Assembly: GCA_046759445.1 (NCBI GenBank)
Contig: JBHICG010000037.1
Location: forward strand, 1-32,362
Direction of reading: 5' to 3'
From: Candidatus Scalinduaceae bacterium
GTDB lineage: Bacteria > Planctomycetota > Brocadiia > Brocadiales > Scalinduaceae
Length of the DNA stretch: 32,362 bases
How positions within the stretch are numbered: the first letter of the stretch is position 1; every line of letters begins with the position of its first letter. Shown here in pieces: positions 21,106 to 29,574 of this stretch. The translations under genes were made by a program, and so were the position numbers. Under the pieces are notes generated by a model. The model was not told the origin of the DNA. It ran no database searches and saw only the letters and a list, made by a program, of their open reading frames with translations.

Positions 21106-22146
21106 TCAAATTTCATTTTCTTTAACTGTAGTCAAATTGTAGTCAAACTCTAACACCTCTACTCCATCTCTTAAGCTTTCTGGACAATGATGGGAGTAAC
21201 GCTGAGTCATCTTGATATCTTTGTGTCCTAACAATTTTGATATTTTATAGATATCAATTCCTCCTTGAGCCAAGCGAGTCGCAAAACAATGTCTCAGGTC
21301 ATGGAATCTGAAGTTAGTGATTTTTGCCTTCTCTAATGACTTGCGAAAAGAATCTCCTAAACTATTGGGATTAACTTTTCTACCATCTCTGTTTAGAAAC
21401 ACATAATCATTCTTTATATTCCCTACCTTTGACCTTTGTTCGAGCACATTTAAAGCGTACTTATTAAGTGGAACGGTTCTATGTTCACCATTTTTAGTAT
21501 CGGTGATAAGAATAGTTTTTCTGATAATATTGACTTTTGACCATTCTAGCGAAATTAATTCTCCCTGCCTTAAACCTGTGTTTAGGCTAAAGATTATTAT
21601 TTCACTAAGCCACTCAGGACTATTTTCAATGAGCCGTCTTTCTTCATCTCCATTAAGCCATCTATCTCTCTTATTTTTCTCCTTTTCCTTTGACACTTTT
21701 GAGACAGGATTGTATTTGAGCCATTCCCATTCCTTAATAGCAACATTAAAAGCTGCTGAAAGCATTGACAACTCACGGTTTATTGTGGCTGGTTTCACAC
21801 CATCATTTCTTCTCAACATCTTATAGCGTGAAACCATTTTTGGAGATATAGACGATAAATTCGATTTCCCAAAGAAAGGAATAAGATGTTTTAAAGATGT
21901 TGTATAGCTCTTTCTCATATTCTCAGATACTGTTGGAGAATGCTCCTTCATAAATTTCTCCATCATATCTTTAAGAGTCTTATTATTACCGATAGGTTTC
22001 TCAAAATAACTCCCTTCAACAATCTCAGTCCTGATCTTCGCCTCTATAGCTTGTGCAAGTTTCTTATCAGTAGTTCCCAAACTCCTTTCAGCCTTTTTTC
22101 CTTTATATCTAATACACGTCCACCAGACACGGCCTCGTTTATACAT
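21106..22146 (-). CDS. int: Phage-type tyrosine integrase
   Basis: N-terminal arm-binding-like YKRGRVWW...SLGT; catalytic TGLRQGE, TKNG, FHDLRH, LLGH, TQRY; GGAGG SD. Confidence 0.95.
   Translation of the reverse strand: MYKRGRVWWTCIRYKGKKAERSLGTTDKKLAQAIEAKIRTEIVEGSYFEKPIGNNKTLKDMMEKFMKEHSPTVSENMRKSYTTSLKHLIPFFGKSNLSSISPKMVSRYKMLRRNDGVKPATINRELSMLSAAFNVAIKEWEWLKYNPVSKVSKEKEKNKRDRWLNGDEERRLIENSPEWLSEIIIFSLNTGLRQGELISLEWSKVNIIRKTILITDTKNGEHRTVPLNKYALNVLEQRSKVGNIKNDYVFLNRDGRKVNPNSLGDSFRKSLEKAKITNFRFHDLRHCFATRLAQGGIDIYKISKLLGHKDIKMTQRYSHHCPESLRDGVEVLEFDYNLTTVKENEI
21125..21146 (+). repeat. 22-bp direct repeat copy 1 (integrase arm-type site pair or att core), inside the int 3' end
   Basis: ACTGTAGTCAAATTGTAGTCAA, containing TGTAGTCAA twice; identical to 32240..32261. 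Confidence 0.85.
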
Positions 22147-22200
22147 ATTTACCTCCTTTCCCGAAGCCTGATAGTGCCTGTATAACCGCTATCAGATGTA

Positions 22201-22437
22201 TTATATAGTACCATTGTGGAAATCTACAACAATTTTGTTAGCGTTATTCTCATGTTGAAGGTATGGACGTTTTGAACTAGCCATTACATTATTTATATCA
22301 TGAAGGTCAAAGAGCACTCTGCGCCCAAATTTGATAGATGGTATCTTCCCTTGACTAGCCCACTCATATAGTGTTTTCTCAGGTAAAGATGTATACTCTG
22401 AAATTTCTTTAATGCCTACATATCGTTTATCCAACAT
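22201..22437 (-). CDS. Excisionase-like HTH DNA-binding protein
   Basis: YVGIKEISEYTSLPEKTLYEWASQGKIPSIKFGRRVLFD; next to int; ATG 22437 has a GGGAG SD. Confidence 0.88.
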   Translation of the reverse strand: MLDKRYVGIKEISEYTSLPEKTLYEWASQGKIPSIKFGRRVLFDLHDINNVMASSKRPYLQHENNANKIVVDFHNGTI

Positions 22438-22503
22438 TGTCTCCCTTAAGCATTCCGTTAATAACAATTTTAGATATTCATTTTATTACATTTTTATTTA
22501 ATC

Positions 22504-22662
22504 CTATTTACTATCCTGCTTATTTCTATATTTTCTTAATATGATATTAACACCTTCACGTACTAACTCTGAATATGGGATATTCAATCTATAACTTAGT
22601 TCTTTAATCCCTTTATACTGCTTACCAGTCAGGAAAACGTTGCAACTTTGCTTCAAATCCAT
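22504..22662 (-). CDS. Ribbon-helix-helix DNA-binding protein
   Basis: CNVFLTGKQYKGIKELSYRLNIPYSELVREGVNIILRKY; GGAG SD before ATG 22662. Confidence 0.8.
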   Translation of the reverse strand: MDLKQSCNVFLTGKQYKGIKELSYRLNIPYSELVREGVNIILRKYRNKQDSK

Positions 22663-22872
22663 TTCAATTCTCCATAAAAAAAGACCATGCAAAATTAATC
22701 ACATGGCCTTAATATATATATTAATTTATTTAAAATCTAATTGTTGTTACCATTAGTTACTTTTCACTAAAAGGTAACTGGTTTTTGTTTAAACAGGCTA
22801 ATACTACAAATTACAGGTATGAAACAAAGCTTCAACCTAAAAAATTATTTTATTACTTTAGTTTAAAAGTAA

Positions 22873-23622
22873 CTAACATTTTGTAAATATTTCATAATAT
22901 TTTTTCTTAATAGTTTTAGGTGTGTAACTGAATTTGTATTGGGATAAACATACATTCTCTACTTCCTTAAAATATTTTGGATATCCAAATGTTTTTGGCT
23001 GGCATTCTTTTTTTACAGAAATAAAAATCTTTTTCATTTCTATATCAGATATTTTTTTCTTTCTATCTACACTCTTTAGTTGTCTTTTCAAACGCTTCAA
23101 TTTTTTAAAATCTGATTCGGTAATACATAATGTGCGGATTGAAACGTCATAAGGGTGTTTTTCTATATACGGTGAGACAGGAAAAAGATAATAACCAATC
23201 TCGGGTTCATAGCATTCTTTAAATGCAAGTTTTATATGTTTGCTACTTAAAACGTTATCACTTTTAGCCAAGAATTTCTGTATATCCGTCTTATGATAAA
23301 AAAAGATTGGTTTATCATTGCCTCTTATAGTACCGACATTAACTTCTCCCTTAATACCACTCATGAGAATTTCTTCTTCCTGTAACTTCTTAGATGCTTC
23401 AGTTAACATAACTATTTTGCTAAACCGAGGAACTTTATAAGCTGAATCTTTAAGTGAATCAATAACAAGTGTTTTATCAAATGTAAATAAATTATTAATT
23501 TCCTGGGGTGTTGCACTACTAATAAAATCAAAGATTACTGGAAAGGATTTTTTTTCTTGCTTAACGGTAGTGGATTTTTTTGAAAACTTCTTTAAGGTTT
23601 TACTTTGCTTTTTCTTAATCAT
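22873..23622 (-). CDS. Hypothetical basic protein with possible C-terminal HTH
   Basis: 249-aa ORF with GAGGT SD; C-terminal helix pair ending YTPKTIKKKY. Confidence 0.6.
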   Translation of the reverse strand: MIKKKQSKTLKKFSKKSTTVKQEKKSFPVIFDFISSATPQEINNLFTFDKTLVIDSLKDSAYKVPRFSKIVMLTEASKKLQEEEILMSGIKGEVNVGTIRGNDKPIFFYHKTDIQKFLAKSDNVLSSKHIKLAFKECYEPEIGYYLFPVSPYIEKHPYDVSIRTLCITESDFKKLKRLKRQLKSVDRKKKISDIEMKKIFISVKKECQPKTFGYPKYFKEVENVCLSQYKFSYTPKTIKKKYYEIFTKC

Positions 23623-23658
23623 GCTGCCACCTCTCTTTCGTAGCTCTCTATAAGTGAG

Positions 23659-23715
23659 AATTGGGACAACTGGTAGAGATTGCCAGCTTTTGGATAGCTT
23701 GCCCTAGTCCCAATT
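23659..23715 (-). ncRNA. Putative structured cis-regulatory RNA, copy 1
   Basis: On -: outer stem AATTGGGAC/GTCCCAATT, linker TAGGGCAAGCTATCCAAA, inner stem AGCTGG/CCAGTT, loop CAATCTCTA. Same architecture as 31911..31967. Confidence 0.6.
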
Positions 23716-23782
23716 TGTGATTAGACAATGAAAAAGGAGAAGTGTAGAGATGTTAATCCCTATTTTAAACTTAAATTTGTAT

Positions 23783-24523
23783 TCATCTGTTTAAACCTTC
23801 TTCAACTACTGTAAATGTAATACTCTCACTTGTAGCATCATGAACTAAAATTTTATAGTCTTTAAACCGTATTACTTTTGAATCAGAAGGATATATTAAA
23901 TCCTGAAAGAATGCGGTTCTGGCTAAATTATCTGGAGAGTATTCTCTATATGTTATATGTAATGATTTTTCATCTTTGCCTGTGTAAATCAACTCATAAT
24001 TCTTATAACCTTGTTGAGAATCAACCTTTGTAATATCCTTCTTAATAAATTTAGCATCTGGAGGATTTACTTTAAATTTAAACCAGTTTTTTTGATAGAT
24101 TCCAATATTACGAAAAATCGAACTTCCGTCTACCTCACCATTTTCAGATATTAATAATAAGGAGCTAGCAGGATCGTCAGAAACAATTTTTATAAGGTAA
24201 AATATTTTCTTATTTACCATAGTTTCCCCTACAATTTCATATTGTTCCTGAGCATAAAAAGTGATTCTGCTTAGACTATATTTGATTGTAACATCAACAT
24301 TTGGAGAGACAGTTTTTGCGCTAAATTTTGATAAATAGTAATTCTTAACTTTGATCATTGGTTCACCAACATACATTGTTTTTCTTACGGTTAGCTCGTA
24401 ATTCTTATTAAAAACCTGATCAGTTCCAAGATAATTTGATCTATAGGGTGTGAAACTTGTACAACCCATTAACCAAAAAATGGAAATAAAACACAAAACA
24501 AAAACCTTATTGCTTCTTCTCAT
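23783..24523 (-). CDS. Lipoprotein of unknown function
   Basis: Lipobox LMGC after a hydrophobic stretch; C-terminal ELIYTG...YREYSPDNLARTAFFQDLIY. Confidence 0.75.
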   Translation of the reverse strand: MRRSNKVFVLCFISIFWLMGCTSFTPYRSNYLGTDQVFNKNYELTVRKTMYVGEPMIKVKNYYLSKFSAKTVSPNVDVTIKYSLSRITFYAQEQYEIVGETMVNKKIFYLIKIVSDDPASSLLLISENGEVDGSSIFRNIGIYQKNWFKFKVNPPDAKFIKKDITKVDSQQGYKNYELIYTGKDEKSLHITYREYSPDNLARTAFFQDLIYPSDSKVIRFKDYKILVHDATSESITFTVVEEGLNR

Positions 24524-24573
24524 GACCTTCCTTTATGATAAAAAGATAGGTAGTCAGTTTTTTGTTTTTAATA

Positions 24574-24720
24574 TCAGGCCAGACACACCATGCATGAATA
24601 CTTGAGCTGGACTGCCCGTCTAACTTGTGGAACTAAAATTCTATCGCAGCTTTCACATAAACCATCACTAGTTAACCTTAAAAACTAACCAGATTTTCTA
24701 CAATATTTACACGTAGCCAT
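24574..24720 (-). pseudogene. Small Zn-finger ORF interrupted by an in-frame TAG
   Basis: AAGGAG SD; MATCKYCRKSG*FLRLTSDGLCESCDRILV...; TAG at 24685-24687 lies between the two CxxC pairs. Confidence 0.55.
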
Positions 24721-24898
24721 AATAATATCTCCTTAATTCATTTAATATGTCCGTATAAATGTTCGTCATTGTGATTCCAACCCCCTTGATTTGATAAAGT
24801 TTACAAGACTCCCCCCTAGACACATGGAGCTTTCTGGCTTTCAATCAATCATAATCATGTTAGCCGTTGCATTCTGTGCTGACCGCTTCAACTTTGTG

Positions 24899-25555
24899 TT
24901 ATGGTTTAATAAGTAACTTTAAACAATTTCCTTCATCATCCCAGTTTAAAATAATTTTCTCAAGAGGCATTGACATGTTCTTTCCATTTTCGTCAAGAAA
25001 TGTTGTCCAAAAGTTATTGACTGAAAGCAAAGTTGACTTAAATCTGCTCCTTACATAAAGGCATCGATTCATGGTACTTGTGGAAACTAAAGCCTGTTGG
25101 TCAGGTGCAATTGTAATTCCTTTACCAATCCATTTTGCTAATTCTCTGACTTTACCTAGTCTAAGCTCAATTAATTTTTGAAAAACTTCTTCCGATGCTT
25201 TTATCGTTTGTGACCCTCGTCTGACAAAAGCTTTACCAGCAAAATGAGGAGTATCTCCATCATATTCAATCTCTACACATACACAAGGCTTTCCATCTTT
25301 TTCATAAACTTTAGACTTACAGGTATTAGTAATAGGTGGGTAAATTTTATCGCAAACCTCTTGTACTGTTATCTGTGTTGTTTCAGGATTAACGACTCCT
25401 TCGGTAGTACCATCATCCCTTTCACCTATATAAAATTTTGCTGTATGACCCTGTTTCACAGAATTAGCAAATGCAACAATAGTCCTTGTCATATCTTTCT
25501 TACTTGGATTAACTTTTCGCTCTACTAAATTATCTTCCCATGGTAAATCAGTCAT
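24899..25555 (-). CDS. Schlafen/AlbA_2-domain protein with short beta-rich C-terminal domain
   Basis: EDNLVERK, IVAFAN, YIGERDDG and FVRRGSQT motifs; AAGGAG SD. Confidence 0.85.
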   Translation of the reverse strand: MTDLPWEDNLVERKVNPSKKDMTRTIVAFANSVKQGHTAKFYIGERDDGTTEGVVNPETTQITVQEVCDKIYPPITNTCKSKVYEKDGKPCVCVEIEYDGDTPHFAGKAFVRRGSQTIKASEEVFQKLIELRLGKVRELAKWIGKGITIAPDQQALVSTSTMNRCLYVRSRFKSTLLSVNNFWTTFLDENGKNMSMPLEKIILNWDDEGNCLKLLIKP

Positions 25556-25567
25556 AATATCTCCTTT

Positions 25568-26092
25568 TTACTCATTTTCCTTCTCTTTTAAACCTCTATC
25601 ACCCAAAAAAAGCTCTTCAAATTTATCAATTAGTTTTTTGCTAGTATAAGTTGTTATAGTTTTAATGTTTTTCAGATATTTACTATACGCATTCCCCTCC
25701 TCGCTCATATCTATATACTGAGCAATATCATCTTTAGGAATTACATGAAATAAAAAAACCTTGCTTTTACCTGTAGCTCTGTATCGAAAGGTAACTGCAT
25801 ATATTCCTTCACTCACATCTACTGCTCTCCAACCTATAGGAAAAAAATCTCCGTTGGAATCTTTTGAGCGAACCTCTATAAATTTTTCTGTAGTTAAAAC
25901 CCAACCTTTTCCAGAAGCTAAAATTCCAGAATCTAAAACAACCTTTTTTGCCAACTCTATTGCCTTCTCTTTAGGAGAAACAACATTTTTCTCATTTTCT
26001 TTGGCAATAACACACGTATCAATAAAAGCAATTAAAAATCCAATCATTATTCCAATGTAAATATAATATTTATTTTTCATCTGAGACAGCAT
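25568..26092 (-). CDS. Hypothetical membrane-anchored or secreted protein
   Basis: N-terminal hydrophobic helix; start re-set to ATG 26092 (GGAGAGG SD). Confidence 0.65.
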   Translation of the reverse strand: MLSQMKNKYYIYIGIMIGFLIAFIDTCVIAKENEKNVVSPKEKAIELAKKVVLDSGILASGKGWVLTTEKFIEVRSKDSNGDFFPIGWRAVDVSEGIYAVTFRYRATGKSKVFLFHVIPKDDIAQYIDMSEEGNAYSKYLKNIKTITTYTSKKLIDKFEELFLGDRGLKEKENE

Positions 26093-26274
26093 ACTTACCT
26101 CTCCCTTCCCTTTATCAATTTCCTTACGATTTGTGCCTTGTCCAGCTCTGCGAATATACCCTGTATCTTGAATCATAGCTTTTTTTCATCGGGTCGCCCT
26201 GTACCGCATCCGTAACGACCTCCTCTGTATAGGCAGATATTAAACTAATCTTTTTGTTTACAAGATATATCAAT

Positions 26275-26904
26275 TCAATTATTCCTAATCAGATTTGCCA
26301 GTTTACCGTTCTCACTGGGCAATATGTCTGCATACAGGCTTGTCATTGTGATATTGCTATGCCCTAATTGTTTCTGAACAAACCTTAGATTCTTTGTCGT
26401 ATGATAAAGGTGCGTACCGTAAGTATGCCTAGCACTATGTATCGAGTATCTAGGATTTAACCCTGAGTCTTCTATTGCTTTTTTAAAGCTAATCTGCAAT
26501 GCAGTAGCGGTCGAATGTTTCCCGCCTCTACCAGCAAGGAAAGGAGCTTCAGGTTCTACGGATTCTTTTAAGGTCTTCTTTTTATAAGCGATATACTTTT
26601 TCAGTTCCTTAACCAATCTTTTGTCTAAATACACATCTCTATCCTTGTCCCTTTTACCATTTCTAACAAACAGATAAGGGTCATCTACTTTATTGAGATG
26701 CAAGTCTTTTATCTTTAACTTTGCAATCTCACTTACTCTAAGACCTGAATACAAGACAAGATTAACTAGCATGTTCCTTACAACCCATGTTATACGCCCT
26801 TTCATTAAATCAAGTTCTGCTTTTTCTTTACAAAACCTTATCAACTTATCTCTTTCTTTATCATCCATAAATTTGTCTCTTGTAATTTTATAATCAGATT
26901 TCAT
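26275..26904 (-). CDS. Small catalytic-domain-only tyrosine recombinase
   Basis: SGLRVSE, NGK, HSARHTY, QLGHS, TSLYA; 209 aa; AAGGAG SD. Confidence 0.92.
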   Translation of the reverse strand: MKSDYKITRDKFMDDKERDKLIRFCKEKAELDLMKGRITWVVRNMLVNLVLYSGLRVSEIAKLKIKDLHLNKVDDPYLFVRNGKRDKDRDVYLDKRLVKELKKYIAYKKKTLKESVEPEAPFLAGRGGKHSTATALQISFKKAIEDSGLNPRYSIHSARHTYGTHLYHTTKNLRFVQKQLGHSNITMTSLYADILPSENGKLANLIRNN

Positions 26905-26939
26905 TTTGTAATCTCCTTTCTAGATTATTCCTTTTCTTA

Positions 26940-27923
26940 CTACATAGCTCTGACTTCCTTCCAAAGTTGATTTATCTTTTTCTCAATAGATTTCTTTGTC
27001 TCAGGTTTAATATCAACTGTTTTGTCAAACAATTTATTCACAAATATAATATTAGGTACTGCTCTTTCAAAATCATCTTTATTAATATACAATTTGATCG
27101 CTTTAATAAAGTTTTCAAATGCCCTTTCAAACTCTTTACGCCTATAATAAATATTCCCTTTATTCTTATAAGGGAGAGGGTTATCTCGTTTTAAGTTAAT
27201 CGAGTTATTATAGTCTTCAATTGCTTCCTCATTACTATTGATCCTTCCATAAGCAGACCCTCTATAGTTATAAACAGAAGCAGCACTAGTATCATCTGGT
27301 GCTTCTTCTAATGCATTTGTAAAAGAGTCAATTGCATCTACATATTTCCCATTAATAAATTCTTCAGCTCCTTTATAATACCAGTCATCAAAGGAGTATT
27401 GCTTCTTAATCTTTGTTTGAGGAAGTAAATCTTTAAATTTAGTCTAGTTCAAACGAGTTTCTTCTGGAATAATGGGAACACCTTTCTCTTTAATAACTTC
27501 TTTATCTTTAATAACATCTTTTTCCTTTGCAGCCTCATTAATTACTTGTTGTTCTTCCTTTAAATTTTTAAGCACATCAGCTATCCCTTTTTTTCCTTCT
27601 TCTTCTAACTCATTTGTTAAATTCTCAATTACTTCTTTGGCTAATGGCTCAATTACACTCTTTGCAGTTTCTTTAACTTTTTCTTGAACAGTTTCTATAA
27701 TAGTTTTTTTAATATTTTCATAACCAATAAATGAAAGCAGAGCTATGGCTAAACCTATAGCTGTAATTATCATTCTCTTTTGTGAGCTATCTGACTCTTT
27801 TTTTGAAGTAACCAATTTTTCCAATGCCTTTAGCTGAATATTTGTTTGTTTTTGATTCCCATATACTTTCTCTTCCAAAACTTTTATATCAATATCCTTA
27901 TCTTTCTCTGGTTTTCGTGCCAT
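26940..27923 (-). pseudogene. TM + coiled-coil + TPR protein split by one in-frame TAG
   Basis: After the TAG at 27444-27446 the frame stays open for 167 codons with clear TPRs (DWYYKGAEEFINGKYVDAIDSFTNAL; VYNYRGSAY...EAIEDYNNSI; PYKNKGNIYY) to TAG 26940. Confidence 0.8.
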
Positions 27924-28212
27924 AGCTATACCCCTTTTTCTAAAGAAAAGACATGCAATATTTTTAAGGAATTATAAGTTATTTTTATTAATAAATAAAG
28001 AAAAAAAGGGATATTTTTATTAAAATTTATATTATATTAAAAATACCATGTTTAGTAAGTAAGGCGTATAAAGGAATCTGATTTTGTGGAACAGGCTGTC
28101 CAGAGAAACATAAACAATAAGATGCACTGAATGTTTCAGGTGAGGTGTTTGGCTTGTGGCAGCAGGAATTACAGGCCGTATCTGGAAATTGGAGGAAATT
28201 ATATAAAACGTA

Positions 28213-28641
28213 TTATACTATTGGAATTTCTACTTTATCGGCATCTTTTGGTATAGTCCTAAATGCATCACTATAACCAGAAAATCTGTTTATAGTAGGA
28301 GAAGGTATTTTAGCAAACGCTTTTAACATCAGCGTAGTAATTGAAACTAGCCTTTTGTCCTTAGAAGTGTAATCTGCTTGCACAGCCATTAAATCCATAT
28401 CGTACACATTAAACAATGCGTGTATATCTTTTAGTTGAAAACCAATTGGTTTTTTATCTTCAATTGAGAGATATAATGTTAAATATTCGTCAATTCTTTT
28501 TCGTATTGTGGCAACGTGCATGGTCTTAAAATGAATACAGTCCCCCTCTTGGTTATACCATATTTGAAGGTCGTGTTGTTTAGAACCAAAATCACTCCCT
28601 TTTGCATCTTGCATTATTTGATTTATAAATTCTTTTTCCAT
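28213..28641 (-). CDS. DUF2283-like putative antitoxin
   Basis: IWYNQEGDCIHF...RIDEYLTLYLSIEDKKPIGFQLKDI pattern; overlaps the upstream gene by 19 nt; GGAG SD before ATG 28641. Confidence 0.55.
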   Translation of the reverse strand: MEKEFINQIMQDAKGSDFGSKQHDLQIWYNQEGDCIHFKTMHVATIRKRIDEYLTLYLSIEDKKPIGFQLKDIHALFNVYDMDLMAVQADYTSKDKRLVSITTLMLKAFAKIPSPTINRFSGYSDAFRTIPKDADKVEIPIV

Positions 28642-29033
28642 ATTCGTTCTCCAAAACGGTCTTTCCAACCTATAGGACTTAGTGGATCTTCTATGTCAGC
28701 TTCCTCTGCTCCAAATTCAAAAATACTATTTCTTTCGTTTAAAAATACTAAATAAACAAGATCATCTGGAAATAATGCTGTATCACTTATATTTACTCCT
28801 ATATACCAATGCTTAGGTTTACCAACAACACATAACTTCTTACTGCTATTACTATGAGGCCTGTTAAGACCAGAAAAAATGCGATTGGGATTGTTTAATA
28901 CTTTGTATGCTGTTGAAAGATTAAGAAAATCATTTGGTCTATAAAGCATAAAATAATTATAATCTTTTGGTTCTATTCGTATTTCTTTTTCGCTATTGCT
29001 TACAGGCCATTTGATCGTAAAACGAATAAGCAT
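28623..29033 (-). CDS. Putative BECR-fold (RelE/Barnase-like) nuclease toxin
   Basis: AYKVLNNPNRIFSGLNR helix-P-strand pattern followed by beta strands; coupled to a DUF2283-like gene. Confidence 0.45.
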   Translation of the reverse strand: MLIRFTIKWPVSNSEKEIRIEPKDYNYFMLYRPNDFLNLSTAYKVLNNPNRIFSGLNRPHSNSSKKLCVVGKPKHWYIGVNISDTALFPDDLVYLVFLNERNSIFEFGAEEADIEDPLSPIGWKDRFGERIWKKNL

Positions 29034-29574
29034 TTACTAATACTTATTATAATCCTATTTGTTTTTTAAAGAAATGCTATATTTTGCTGGCGGATAAGGT
29101 CATCTATAATAGTACCCATTATAAAACACTTTTTTTTAAATAGTCAATCAAATTTTATCTATATATTTATCGTTAAGAAATATTTAGAATATAGCGTATA
29201 ATATGAAATTTATTGAAATTAGGACACTACCCAAATTTTATTCATTATTACTTTCCTAGCAACCAACTTATTTTACAAAATCTTATAAAACACATAACCA
29301 GTTGTTAACTTTTGCAATATAAACGTAGATATTTAACATTATATTGCTTATATAAGTAAATCTATTGTTATATTATGATTTGAGAACAACTATATATGGT
29401 AAGAAAGTTCATGTAACAGCATCAACGTAAACACAAACCTAATTTAATATAACTTCTCCACATCACAAGATGTGGTATAGTCTTTATGCTGGTAGAATGG
29501 TATGAAATTTGATAATAAATCTACATATTATTGAAGTCAAGAAAAAAGAGATAAGATAAAATAGGGATAATAAT

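Larger units (their letters stand above)
28156..29231 (+). mobile_element. Degenerate IS1-family-like element remnant enclosing two passenger genes
   Basis: 28156-28206 encodes VAAGITGRIWKLEEII*, like the PAMAAGLTDHVWSLEE transposase C-terminus; 29214-29231 TGAAATTAGGACACTACC resembles an IS1-type terminal repeat. Left end not found. Confidence 0.5.

Noticed and set aside
26967..27194. 75-aa + strand ORF
   Set aside because: Antisense to the hidden TPR-coding frame.
22504..27923. Element-wide TAG recoding (alternative genetic code)
   Set aside because: TAG serves as an apparent normal stop at 22504, 22873 and 26940, and the long element genes have no internal TAGs.
20867..29393. 14-bp direct repeat TTGAGAACAACTAT at about 20867 and 29380 as an alternative att pair
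   Set aside because: A 14-bp AT-rich match can arise by chance in 32 kb, and it would exclude the rep module; the 22-bp repeat fits better.
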